The notes under the pieces: generated by a model
Databases searched by the model: none
The model's input: only the letters and a program-made list of their open reading frames with translations
What the model was told of the DNA's origin: nothing
Made by a program: the position numbers and the translations under genes
In this document: positions 13,691-30,170 of the stretch, in pieces
Numbering within the stretch: the first letter of the stretch is position 1
How the letters are laid out: each line of letters opens with the position of its first letter
Source of the DNA: Cercozoa sp. M6MM
Lineage: Eukaryota; Protista; Endomyxa: Ascetosporea
Length of the DNA stretch: 64,000 nucleotides
NCBI GenBank assembly: GCA_040357565.1
Contig: JBDODJ010000061.1
Direction: 5' to 3' (one strand)

Positions 13691-14061
13691 CAAACCAAGT
13701 CACGTCAAGTCAGATCAAAGTCAAATCAAGTGAAACAAGACACCAATGAAGTCGGCGAAAGTGTCATACTCGGCGTAGTCAATCACGAGTGCTGCTGCCT
13801 CTTGCAGTACCTAGATGCAGGCCCAACTACGATACACCCCAACGTATGTAGGAAGGAGGTACCCTTGGTACTTCGGCTATAGTACGTGGGACATCGATGG
13901 CTTGGACCACCTCGCCTTCTGCAGTTCTGGTTGTTTGAATCGGTGGCAGTCAGTTAAACCTACTGCGTACCATAGAATATCCGACACAAGGAGGCATCGC
14001 CTGAGGGTAGACTCGGGTCGAAAGCAGACGCTGCCAGGGATACACACACATTACCTCGAAA

Positions 14062-14115
<54 letters not shown>

Positions 14116-14125
14116 NNNNNNNNNN

Positions 14126-14174
<49 letters not shown>

Positions 14175-14428
14175 GTATCCACCTTGAGACACCTGGTTTC
14201 ATAGCTTCGCGCGCCTCTTTGTCGTGGCGCAACGACGCGTTTATCAACTCGAGCTCCCTCTCATTCATACTGTCGAATGGCAGGCATCCGCGCGGAATAC
14301 TGCGTGCTATCCGCGCGTTTCTCCGCGTGGACCACCGCTTTGCCGTGGCCGGCAACAAAGCCACCAAGGCCAAGCCGATGCCGCACACCAACACGTGCTA
14401 AAACGACACACACACGCACACACACACA

Positions 14429-14480
<52 letters not shown>

Positions 14481-14588
14481 ACGTGCCAGTGTACTCGATG
14501 CAGAGACAGCTGAAACACATACCGTCAGGGTGATGTTCTCCCAATCCGAAGCAACGGTATACTTGCCCCACAGCCACCACAGCCACAT
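13344..14588 (-). CDS. Hypothetical multi-exon protein with N-terminal hydrophobic segment
   Basis: MWLWWLWGKYTVASDWENITLT | HVLVCGIGLALVALLPATAK... exons splice in phase to final RLLAERAAVERY-TAA (13344-13346). Confidence 0.65.
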
Positions 14589-14745
14589 TAAGACGCAAAC
14601 TAAAGATGTTGAAGCATTGTAGCGATCTAAGTTCCCGCAAAATCGTGCAGCAGCGCTGAGCCGACAGAGTCTAGAGTCGGAACATGAAAAAACGAGTTTT
14701 ATCGCTACGTGGTGCACAAGCAAGAGTCTTACCACTCGCATACAC

Positions 14746-16487
14746 ATGTCGGAACGTCCAATGAAGCGACGGCGCACAAAGCACGGCGTGAAATCACGCA
14801 GTGCGGTTGATGCCGCAGCGCGCCCATCGCGCAAGACTGTAGCAACTGATTGGATCGTCCTGCAGACTGTAGGACATGTATGTTTAGGCCATCAAGGAGG
14901 ACGACTCACAAAATTCAGTTCCCGTGCGGGGTGCGAAACAAACCGTCTCCATCGCGGTGAGTTGTTTCATGCATTATCGTCTTGCTGGGCTCTGCCCCCA
15001 GTGTACTGTATCTCTTGTGTACGCTGATAGGTCCCGGGCTCCTTCATCGCAAATGCGCAGTCGGCTGAGCTGAAGACTTACGTGGCCGGTCAGATCGCTC
15101 GTGCTGCTTGCATCTACCGTGCCGACGAGATCGTTGTGTTCAGGTAGAGCTGTGTAGAGTTGGTACCCTGTAGTACCCGTGTGTGTGTGTAGTGACGATG
15201 CCCAAGAGATCGACACGACGGGCCGTGTGCGTGGCGCATCGCAGAGCGAGCCAAACGCTTTCTTGGCGCGTGTTCTCGAGTTCCTGGAAACGCCGCAGTA
15301 CCTGCGTCGTCACTTGTTCCCGATTGTAATGACCCTACCCTCATGTATGTACCTGTATCAGAATTCTGATGTTATTTTTGTTATTTGTAGCACCGCGACT
15401 TCAGTTGCGCTGGGCTGTTGAACCCTCTGGCAGCGCCGCACCACCTGCGACCGCAGGACATCAGCAAGTTCCGCGAGGGCGTCGTCGTTCGACATGATCG
15501 CACCACACAGGTACCATCCCTAGGCTTGTTGTGTCTCTGTGTTTGTACTGCACATCTTGGCGGTACAGGTGTCGCGGCCCACCGACACGCAAGAAGACGA
15601 GACGAGCGACCTTGTTTATGTCGGTTTGCGCAAGCTCGTGCAACTGCCGACGCAGCTTCCGTTCCCTATATTTATATATATATATATATATGTATGTATA
15701 TATATATATATATATATATAAATATGTTGGCACTTGTACAGAGTCGGCATGCGCGTGACAGTCCAACTGAAAAACCCAAAACAGGGACGCGAGCCTCGTC
15801 TTCCGCGCGGACGTCGTCCTCGTCCGTTCGATTTCACTGTGTGATAAGTGTGTCGGTATGTGATAAGTGTGCACAGAGGAGACGAATGAGCGACTGCAGG
15901 GCGTGCCCGTGTCAAGTCGCGAGCCACTGCGTCAACTCGGCACCTTCTGGGGCTACACGGTGCGCACTGCAGCCGGTCTCGGCGAAGCACTGCGCAAGTG
16001 TCCCTTCGACGACAACGGCGAGGTCGCCGATCAGGACAAAGGCGGTGTGTCTGTTCAGGTTTTCTGTTTCTGCGTGCGTGCAGTTTTTATTCCGGTGGGT
16101 AGGCAAGTACGACGTGCGTATTGGCACCTCCGAGCGAGGTGACAAGTGGCAGTGCGACAAAGGCGCTGCGGAGAACAAGATTCCCGCCGACTTTCGTCAC
16201 TGCATCGTCGTGTTTGGCGGCGTCGACGGTCTTGAAACTGCCGTGCAGGGCGACGAGTCGACGCGCCTGTTCTGTGCTGGCTCTGGTGGCGACCCGCGAC
16301 CTCTGTTCACGCATTACATCGACGCGTGTGCTGGACAGGTGCTTTAGTCTTTCAGTGTCTCAGAAAGTTGATCCTGCGTTGTCTAACTGAGCAGGGTTCG
16401 CTCACAATTCGTACCGAGGAGGCTTTGCTTGTGACGATGTCGATGCTGCACGGCGCGCTCAACCTTCAACCCGCCAAGTCTGTGTGA
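14746..16487 (+). CDS. SPOUT1: SPOUT-family methyltransferase (C9orf114/SPOUT1)
   Basis: Motifs TVSIAVPGSFIANAQSAELKTYVAGQIARA, FLETPQYLRRHLFP, GLLNPLAAPHHLR, FWGYTVR, IGTSERG, VFGGVDGLE, QGSLTIRTEEALL; TGA 16485-16487. Confidence 0.93.
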
Positions 16488-16696
16488 TCAATATCTGTCT
16501 ACGAAACTAGTGTCCGCTACGGCTAGGTCAACTGTGGTTCTAGGTCGGGTTTCGCCTCCTCTTCACCTCTAGTTTTGTTGGAGTAAGTAGGCGTGTCCAC
16601 ACGTACAATGGATTGTTGCAGGGCAATGTCGTGTTTGTTTGCTGTACCACTAGACCATAAAATATACGATACGTTGGCTATGGTAGGCGCTAGCTA

Positions 16697-21572
<4,876 letters not shown>

Positions 21573-21754
21573 CCTATCAGCGCTCTGTTTGACCCCTTAA
21601 AACCTGCTTCGGGTGTAGTGGCTCCAGAAATCGAACCCTCATCTCCGCGTTTCTCCGAAAGACAACCCGCGTTTCTCACACGTGAAACCAATACAAGAAA
21701 AAGAAGGCCGTTTAGAGTTGTAGTGCTCTTGAACAGTGTTATATTTATGCAAAA

Positions 21755-22273
21755 ATGCAGGCACTACCACTAGTGACGCCCGAGTGCCCTGAACAGCACA
21801 CCATTTTACAGGCCGAGCTCGCGGGTACAACATGGCGGGTGGGTTTTCGTGTCACATGACGTTTGTTTGTGTGCCTGCAGGGACAGTGGTCAGTGTTCAA
21901 GAGTACAGTCAGTTGTTGCGGCAGCTGCGTATCATTTGCGGAAAGGAAGGTGCAGTTGAACACCTTGTTTAAAATGGGTTACTGTATGGGTTGCTTGTTT
22001 AGGAACGCCTGTTGAGTTCTCGCGAACGTTGTTCCAGCGACTGAACAGCTCGATTGTACTGTGTCCAATCTGACATAGTCAACTTGTTGCATATGCTGTT
22101 GTGTGGCTGCAGAACAATGGTGTGGACGTATTGCGAGTTGAGACAGCCGCCGGCTCGGACAGCAGCGAGCACTCACGCCTGCTGCTGTTCAGTCGTCCGC
22201 AGCAGCCAAAACAGACGTGCTTTCTCCTTATCTGTCATAAAGTAGGTCTAGTGTGTGTGTGTGTATATGTGTG

Positions 22274-22328
<55 letters not shown>

Positions 22329-22864
22329 TTCTTGCATTGTGAAATGACACAGCACGTCGCTGGTGAGAAGGTGCACCAGCAGTTTCGTGTCGTTGCCGCA
22401 CGCAACCGTGACCACTTTGTTGGGCTTTACGTAGCTTTGCCTGTTCCCTTCATCTCCCTGTCCTCTGCGTATCTGGATACACTGAGCAATATAGTGCAAG
22501 TAAGAATCTGAGAATGCACGGTATGAGGTACCAAATCGCGTCAGGTGTGCACGTTGGTGTCTACCTGTGCGAACAGGAACATGCGACTACAGGTGCCTTT
22601 CTTGGCCATTTGACCGGAGTGTGTTGTACGACTACTGCATTATCAGGAGTGCCCGCTGGCGTGCTTGAAGTCGTTGCACAAGCTTCTTTGAACAAGACTG
22701 TGCAACAACAGGTGAATTGTCCTTTGTGCCGCCCTTATGGATTGTTCAACTGAAGAATGTTTGGACAGGCGACCCAAACCACGCAGCTCGAGCAGCGTCT
22801 CCAAGCTGCTGCTGCCGCTCTACGTGACTGTGGCGTCTCTCTGTTTCGCCCGCCTGCGTACTAG
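21755..22864 (+). CDS. MED18: Mediator subunit 18-like (divergent)
   Basis: Spliced product ELAGTVVSVQEYSQLLRQLRIICG...VLRVET...LFSRPQQPKQTTSLVRRCTSSFVSLPHATVTTLLGF...HGMRYQIASGVHVGVY...VLEVVAQA follows Med18 motif order (LxGxV, LxxLC, LVRxC, LGF, GxxF/Y, VEL); ~210 aa; TAG 22862-22864. Assignment is by recalled similarity. Confidence 0.65.
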
Positions 22865-22999
22865 GTCTACCTCAATGAATTCGGTCCATTAAATACTAGC
22901 TAAAGCCATTTCCCGTCCGAGTCGAGTAAATTTCGTTTTTTAGTCAACGCAACCAACACACCATCCTGATCAGCTGACAGGCCCTGTTCCGTTTTCAAA

Positions 23000-23917
23000 A
23001 TGAAACACGACGGTAAGGAGCGCGTCAGCGCGACCGAAAACGTGACAGCTTTCAGTTTTGTTCGTTCAGTCGAGCTCGGACTTTTGTCCGGCGGCTTGAC
23101 CTACATGGTGTTGGCGTGCGAATCGAAGTCAGACTTATGCTGTCAAACTAAACTGAAACTCCGATGCTACCGTTGTCACGTCTCAGGTCGTATGGGAGTT
23201 GAATTGGAATCATTCGAATGTGCATCCCGATTCCTTTGCCACGTGGTCGCCGCGAGCGACAGCGGCGCCGAGAGCGCCGCGAACGCCGAAGAGCTCGAGA
23301 GCGAGACCGTAAAGGTGCCCAATCTTTTTTCACAGTTTCATGAAAAACGGATTCAGTCAGTTTTTGTAGGTCGTGGTGACGGCGGTGACCTCAGCACGCT
23401 CAGTAGCTCCGAACGCACACAGCCTCGCCGTTTCTGTTGGGTCTGTTGTATACCACTGGATCTCTTCTGCAACGTGTGCTGAGTCAACCGGAGTTCCAGT
23501 CATTGGAAGTTGGCACTCGAAACAACTAAAACGATACGAACTCAACTGAAACCAACGCAGCTGGACTAAAAAGAAAACTATACCTCAACTTGAAAGATTC
23601 CGTCAACGTCCTTTAATTAACGCAACTGACCAGTCAAGCCTCGACCTATAGATGCAGTAGCTGCAGCACGCAGTCCAGTCGACAGAAATGCTACCTCGGA
23701 ACAGAAATCAACAATCGAATGCATGCGTGTTGCACTAGCGTCGCAGGGCGAACGCGCTCGCGACACTCTGGGTGCCATGCGCCTCAAGCACGAGCAATGC
23801 GCGGCTAGTGTTCGCGCACAGTCGTGGCAAGTCAGCCATGTACTGGGTGATGAAATACTACTCGCAAGACTGTTTCTGGCGCGGGTCGCAGTCGTCGATC
23901 GGCGCAAGGTACTTTGA
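23000..23917 (+). CDS. Hypothetical multi-exon protein
   Basis: Open exons 23000-~23106, ~23187-23313, ~23370-23473 and a last exon ending TGA 23915-23917; no motif recognised. Confidence 0.4.
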
Positions 23918-23970
23918 TTAGGGATATTCGTACACCGAATCACCACTGTGGTACGGTTTCCGAGCGCTAG

Positions 23971-25684
23971 CTATTGCGGCTTCACGTTGTGCACACGCGC
24001 CTGTCCGAAGCGACTCAGATCGAGCGGGTCCTTGGAGTCCTTCTGCTCGCTCGGTGGACCGCGTTGATCGTCCTCCTGGCCCTCCTTCCTGCAACACACA
24101 CAGTGCGTACAAATACAGAAGCGAGGCACACTGGAGACGAAGCGTGAAACCTTGTCTTCCACGCGATGAAATAGATCACGTCAAATGTGGCAGGAATCAC
24201 AGTTTGCTGTACTCGAGAAATGCAGTACTACATTGAAAAAGCACACACGTTAGAACAGAAGGTACCTCGCCCTGCTCCTGTCCGTACATGGCGTCGTAAA
24301 TTGCACTCGCAGCAGCCATGGTGTCGATCGAGGCGTGTGCACCCAGTGCAGGTGCATGCTGCTCGCCCATGCCTGCAAGCAGTGACATGACAGCATGACA
24401 GCTGGCCCCAACACAGCACGTGTACCTTGCAAATGACGAGCGAGATGAGGCAAGTTCTCAAAGTGGGCCGTAAGCTACCCAATAACAAAAGTATAGACCC
24501 CCCCGTAGAACACGCTAAAAGATTGCAGTGTGTACTGTTCGAGCGTCGACAGTGGGCGATCGGAACTTTGCTCGCTGCAGCAGGGATGCCACGTCCGACC
24601 CTACACGCATAATATATCAGACACTGACACAGTATATTGACATAAGAGGCACCTCTGGTAAGAGGCGACGTGTGGTTGCCCATGGCTCCCACGCGTTCCT
24701 CGTCCGCCAAAGCAAAGGCACTCCGCAGTTCGCTTAAAGTATTGCCACCTGTCCACAAAGCACATGATACAAGGCAAGAATATCATACAAATCTAGGTAC
24801 CCAGCATGGCACCCAGCAGTGCCCCGCCTGGCCGCAGCACGCGAAACGCTTCGGCGAAAGCTTCAGGCAGCGCATTGATCCTGTCAACAGAGAGATTAAC
24901 AGAGGCATTACCAGAGGCAATCTCAATTAGCACGACAATTAAGCAGCGTGGTACCAATGGAGAGACAGATTGGATACGACCAGATCGACACTTTCATCAT
25001 TGAATGGAAGTGGGGCTTCCGGGTCAAACACCTGTCAGCGTGAGTTGAAGGTCACAACAGGTACATCAGTGGCACAGCAATACACTGGATACCACGCGTT
25101 CCGTCGTGACACCGCCTGGAAGTCGGTCGCCAATCAAGTGTGCATCTCTGTTCAGCATCTCCTCGCACTCTTCCAACTGCAGCGCGAGCAGCACCACATA
25201 TCACAGTCAAACGCACAACGTGTGAGGCACACACCTGAGTGACATGTTGGATGCCTGCGAAACCGCGCGGACGAGTGTTCAACAACCGGAAGAAATTGCC
25301 TGAGGAAAGCAGGTTGTGTACATTAGAGTCAGCGGTTTAGCTTGAATACCGGCCCACGCTCCGTGATCAAGTACATGCGGAAACTGCCTATCTTCTTCCT
25401 GGGCAAAGCGAAGTGCACCAGAACCGTGCAAAGACAGAGCAACGCACCTTGATGTCCAAGAGTCGCTCCAACAGCTCGTCGCACACCTGCAAACAAAAGA
25501 AACTTGGCAAATACCGTGCCAAAACGAGGACTAAACGGCGACATACGCTGTCACGCAAGTATTCGAACTGATGCGCGTCTGGTGCAGTGGCCGCCAGTGC
25601 CTTTTGACGCTGTTTCAACGTGCGATCAAACACGGTGCTGGCGACACGACGTTGCGCTAGCAGCCTCTGAGAAACACGTTGCAT
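23971..25684 (-). CDS. NDUFAF5: NDUFAF5 (complex I assembly SAM-dependent methyltransferase/hydroxylase), mitochondrial
   Basis: Presequence-like MQRVSQRLLAQRR, VFDRTLKQRQK, FEYLRDSV...LLERLLDIK, INALP...RVLRPGG, GGNTLSELRSAFALADEER, HTSP, LQGMGEQHA, IPATFDVIYFIAWK; TAG 23971-23973. Confidence 0.93.
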
Positions 25685-25845
25685 AAGAGTGTAGTATCAC
25701 ACCTTAGCGCTAGCCGACAAGGCTAGATTATGCTGTTTCGAGTCGCTCTGTTCTTTGCTTGGCTACAGTACAATACTCGAAAATTGCACGCGATCGTGAC
25801 TAATTAGATGCGCATGTGTGTGGTAATACAGGGTTTATTGATACA

Positions 25846-27948
25846 ATGAGGTGGCGTGGGCGTGGCGATGCGATTCTGCGCGAGATGGCGGAAACGCGCC
25901 GGGTGAGTCAGGCCGCCTGCCGCGAGCTGTTGCGACTCAGTGGTTCGTTGTATCGATTGTGCGTGTTTGACGCTATCACACGTGCTTAACCACTTAACAG
26001 GTGCACCGGCTCCCTTGTGGCAAGACGGCGGCCAACGTGTCTGCGTTGCGCTCAGCGGCGGTGTGGACTCCACCATGACTGCTCTGTTGGTACTTTGCGT
26101 TGTCACTTCGTTGACACTGGAGGGTCTCATGTGTCTGCAGTTGCAAGGCGCAGGTCACGAAGTGAGCGACGCCGTCTTCATGCAGAACTGGGACCCGGCT
26201 GACGAATCCGATGTCAATGCAAGGTACTTGGGGCACTCGTGGTGCTTATACCCCTTCACAGCGTGTTCTACAAAGACAGTGTCCCATCGAGCAAGAATGG
26301 CGAGATGCGCAACTGGTCGCTGAACATCTGGGCCTGCCTTCGCTTCGGTATTTTAGTTGCCCGGATGCTTTCCAAATCTTCGCTGATGCTGCTGTGCAGA
26401 CGGGTCGAGTACGTCAGCGAGTACTGGCAGCGCGTGTTTGAACCTTTTTTGGAGCAGCTCGAGCTTGGCGTGTACCGCTGCCTGTGTTAATATGAAACCG
26501 ATATCGTAAGCAAGGGATTTTGTTTGGGCAGATGCACACCGAATCCAGACGTGCTGTGCAACAGAGAGATCAAGTTTGACACCTTCATGCAAGATGTGAG
26601 TCCTATGTGTACTCTGTTTTGTGCACTTTGTCTCAAGCAAGTGTTTCTAGGCACTCGGCGGCGGGGCCGACTTTGTGGCGACTGGTCACTATGCGCGCAC
26701 TGTCGCGACTCCATCTGGGGTATCGTGTCCCTTCCGAGCCGTGCACTTGTGTAAGGTGCACTCCTTTGATAGAGCACACTCGGCGCTGGCGATGACAGAT
26801 GCAAGGACCAAAGTTACTTCCTCGCCATGAACCGTCCTAAGGTGACTTTATGTTAACACCTTGGCACATTAATGCATGTTTACTTTGACTGAATGCAGTG
26901 CTGGGAACGGACAGTGTTTCCGATGGGCGCTCTTTCGAAAGAAGCCGTGTACTTCTAGCTGTGGTTTGCACACATACTGTGGGACCGTGCATGAGTGTCT
27001 GCACAGACGCGAATGCGTAGAGGCGCTGGGACTCGGCTTTGTGATGGAAAAACGATCGTCACGTGGCATCTGTTTCATCGGCAAGAGGCGGTATCTTTTT
27101 TTTTCTGTCTTTGTGTACTGTTGCATCAAGGCTACTGCTGTACTGTGTTGTCGGCGCAGATTTTCCGACTTCGCCAGCGGCTACATTGACACTGCGCAAC
27201 GTCGCGGACCTGTCCTGTGTGGCGATACGTAGGTTGCACATACCTCGTGTGTTTGTACATACTGCCTCATGATGCTGTAGTGGCGAGCAGTTAAGCGAAC
27301 ATGCAGGACTTGCACTCACCACCATTGGTATCCTCCAGCCGCCCCATGTGCCGTTGACATGTACTGTTGACATTTACTGTTAACATGCAGGCCAACGTGT
27401 GTCGGTGCATGACTTACCGTGTCGCTACTACGCTGCCAAAAAGATCGGGGGTGACGTTAATGCTGTACACTGTCCTTTCTCCTCTCTGTTTTTCCCTTGA
27501 ACTTGCTCTTTCGCAGATCGTGGCAGTAAAGAACCCGCAGCATCCTCTCATGTTTGCGCAAGAGGTGCACGTGGCACATGTCGTTTGGCAGGTCACTCAG
27601 TTGCAACCGACTGCGCAAAGTCCACCCCTGGGATCAAAGTTCATGGCCCGTGCCAAGTTCCGGTACAACGAGTTCGGCACGCCGGTCGAGTGCACAGTCG
27701 ACTCGCCTGGCTCGCTCGTCGTTCGCGTGACCGGTGACGGTGCTCACGCTGTGACGCCTGGACAGGTGTGCTCACTCTACGTCGACATCGACACGCTGGA
27801 GCGACTCTCCTGCGACACGAACGTCGCTCTCGACGGGGGGAACGACGTTCGCGGTGTCGACGAATTTGACGTTTGTGTCGCCGGAGGCATTATTGCCCGC
27901 ACCTTGCGCGACGGCCAGATACTAAATGATGCTGGTTTCCTGGAATAG
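25846..27948 (+). CDS. TRMU: Mitochondrial tRNA 2-thiouridylase MnmA/TRMU
   Basis: PP-loop VALSGGVDS, FMQNWD, EYWQRVF, TPNPDVLCNREIKF, ATGHYA, KDQSYFL, SSRGICFIGKR, AVTPGQVCSLY; TAG 27946-27948. Confidence 0.96.
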
Positions 27949-28231
27949 CAATGCAAAAATGCTGTTATCTGACCTACCACAGCTACGCAGTGGAATAAAA
28001 AAGACTGAAACAGTCCCAAACAATGAAAAAATCGTCCTCAAGTTTTTCACGGTGCATTGGCGCGTATATCAGAAGTACTACAGTGCAAGAGCGTGGGGGA
28101 TGTTTCGTATTGCGATCGGGCGCACGCGCATTGCGTGTCGCTTGAACTCGACGTTCCATAAGGTGCATTATTTTGTTATCGATTGTGCTTGTCATCTGTG
28201 AGACAAGTACCCTTTCTTGTGAGCGTAGTTA

Positions 28232-29369
28232 ATGACAATGGTGAAACTGGAGGAAAGTGGAAATCCACGACCTTTAATCTCAGGATACGATGACTGCAAG
28301 ACTGCCGTGTTGGGTCCTTTCACTGGTGCGGATAAGGACGAACCTGCTGATGACGAGAACATGAACGTCAACGAGTTGACACAGCTGGCTGTTGCTGCGT
28401 GTCTCATGCGCGATTTAAAAACTGTTCGCACAGGTAACAAGAATTTATAAATCTACAGTCTGTGAGCATATCATATTTCCCTTTCTCAGTTTTGAAACTG
28501 CTGGGCAAACAAAAGTCATCTGCGTACTTAAGCGTTGCCACTTTCAATGCTCTCGCTGTGCAGCTCTGCTCAATTATCGAGGAGATGTACGTGCCTCCGT
28601 GTCTTCCTACTGCGTTGAGTCAATGTTTGTGGTGCTGAGTAGCGAGGATCCGGAAAGCACTCAGCTTGCCTCACTAGTGGAGTGTCTCCCGATGATGTGG
28701 AAAGCGATGTGTCTGCAGACGTTGTATCACCACATGGTACATTTTTGTGCTGTACTGTGCCTACTTTCTGACGTCCTGTAACTGCTGAACTGAGGACAGG
28801 GCACTATGCAACGCTATTCCACCCTGTATGCACTGACTGGGCGCCTGGTCCGTGCACAACAACACGCGTGTGAGGTGCTCTATGGCTCGGACAGAATCGA
28901 TGAGCACATTCGTCTTTTGGTCCAGCATCACGTACATTGTCTTTATGCATCCAAGTGAGCTATTGACATGCGGCTTTGGCTTTCAAAGGAGACGAGCGTA
29001 ACGGCGTTTTTGAACAATTCACCTTCGCTGTACTTGGCGTCACTGCATGCGCTGTGGAAGCCACTTCGGTTTGTGCACGCCTTTGTCAACACAACCTGCT
29101 GTGCTCTCATACCTCTGATTCTTGGTTCGCAGATGGGCTTGGAAACAAACAGAATCTCGAGAATCGAGAGATCTGATCAGCAAACAGGTGTGCTCAACTG
29201 TCTTGAAATATGTGCGCTCACACTCCCACTCTGCGTACAGGCAAAATTTGTTCGCGTCGCAATGCGTCGTCGATACAATCGAGATCAGCTGTATTCTGTC
29301 ACCGCGTTACGGGACATCCGAACATTGACACGGCCTTGTCACCGCAGCCCTCCATCAGATAGGGATTAG
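28232..29369 (+). CDS. Hypothetical multi-exon protein
   Basis: Exons from ATG 28232 splice in phase through GT-AG introns to TAG 29367-29369; no motif recognised. Confidence 0.6.
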
Positions 29370-30170
29370 GCCTTGGTAAATTGAGGGTACTTTGCCAGTG
29401 ATACAAAAAAACTAAGGAACGAAAGAAAGTCTGTTCTTGGAGGGAGTGGCCAAGTGTCAGTTTGAAAGAGTGAGTTCCCCGTACAGTTGAGCGGCAAAGC
29501 ACTGGTGGACGGGAATGACACCCGTCGGGTGTTGTTATTGGGTTGGCGTGAAGGAAAGAAGAGGAAAGGAGAGGAAAGAAGAAGGAAGAAGAAGGGCCTC
29601 TGTAAAGAAGGCAGGGACCGGTAGAAGCGGAGACAACTGGTCCTGGAGGGATCAGATTACCTGGTCTTTGAGTTCAGCTGCAAAAGCTTGCTCAAGGCTG
29701 TTCCACGGACTGAAGCTCTTAGTAGGTCAGGATCTAAGTTTAAACACACGGCAAAATCTTCCACACCCTCTCTTGAGGTATTTAGTAAGTCTTAAAGCGG
29801 CTGCCGCGCGGTTAGTAGATCGTGCTGTGGCAGCATCAGCGCAGGGCCAGGGGCCACCATTGTTGATTTCAAAGCACTGCAACACTCACGAAAGGTTGTG
29901 CATCACTGCAACCCCGCCCTTCCGATACCGCTGTTGTGCAACAGGCAAAAAACAAAATATGACACCCCCTTAATCAATCTGAAGACTGCCCCCTGCCAGC
30001 CTGCGCGAGCACTGCACTCTACGCAATCCGGGCCATGAACGTGCCGAGTCGCGTAGGTAAGCGTAATCCGCAGGGCGCAATGCAGCCAGATCTTTTTTCC
30101 GGTTGATTGTTGTTTGTTCGCGCGTCCCGCGCGTGTGTGTGCTGTTCTGCAGGTATAATTTTATTGGTAA

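Noticed and set aside
26467-26531. Non-canonical intron in TRMU before TPNPD
   Set aside because: A canonical GTACC...CAG intron keeps the frame (ELGVCTPNPD) at the cost of one extra residue; no other intron needed non-GT-AG ends.
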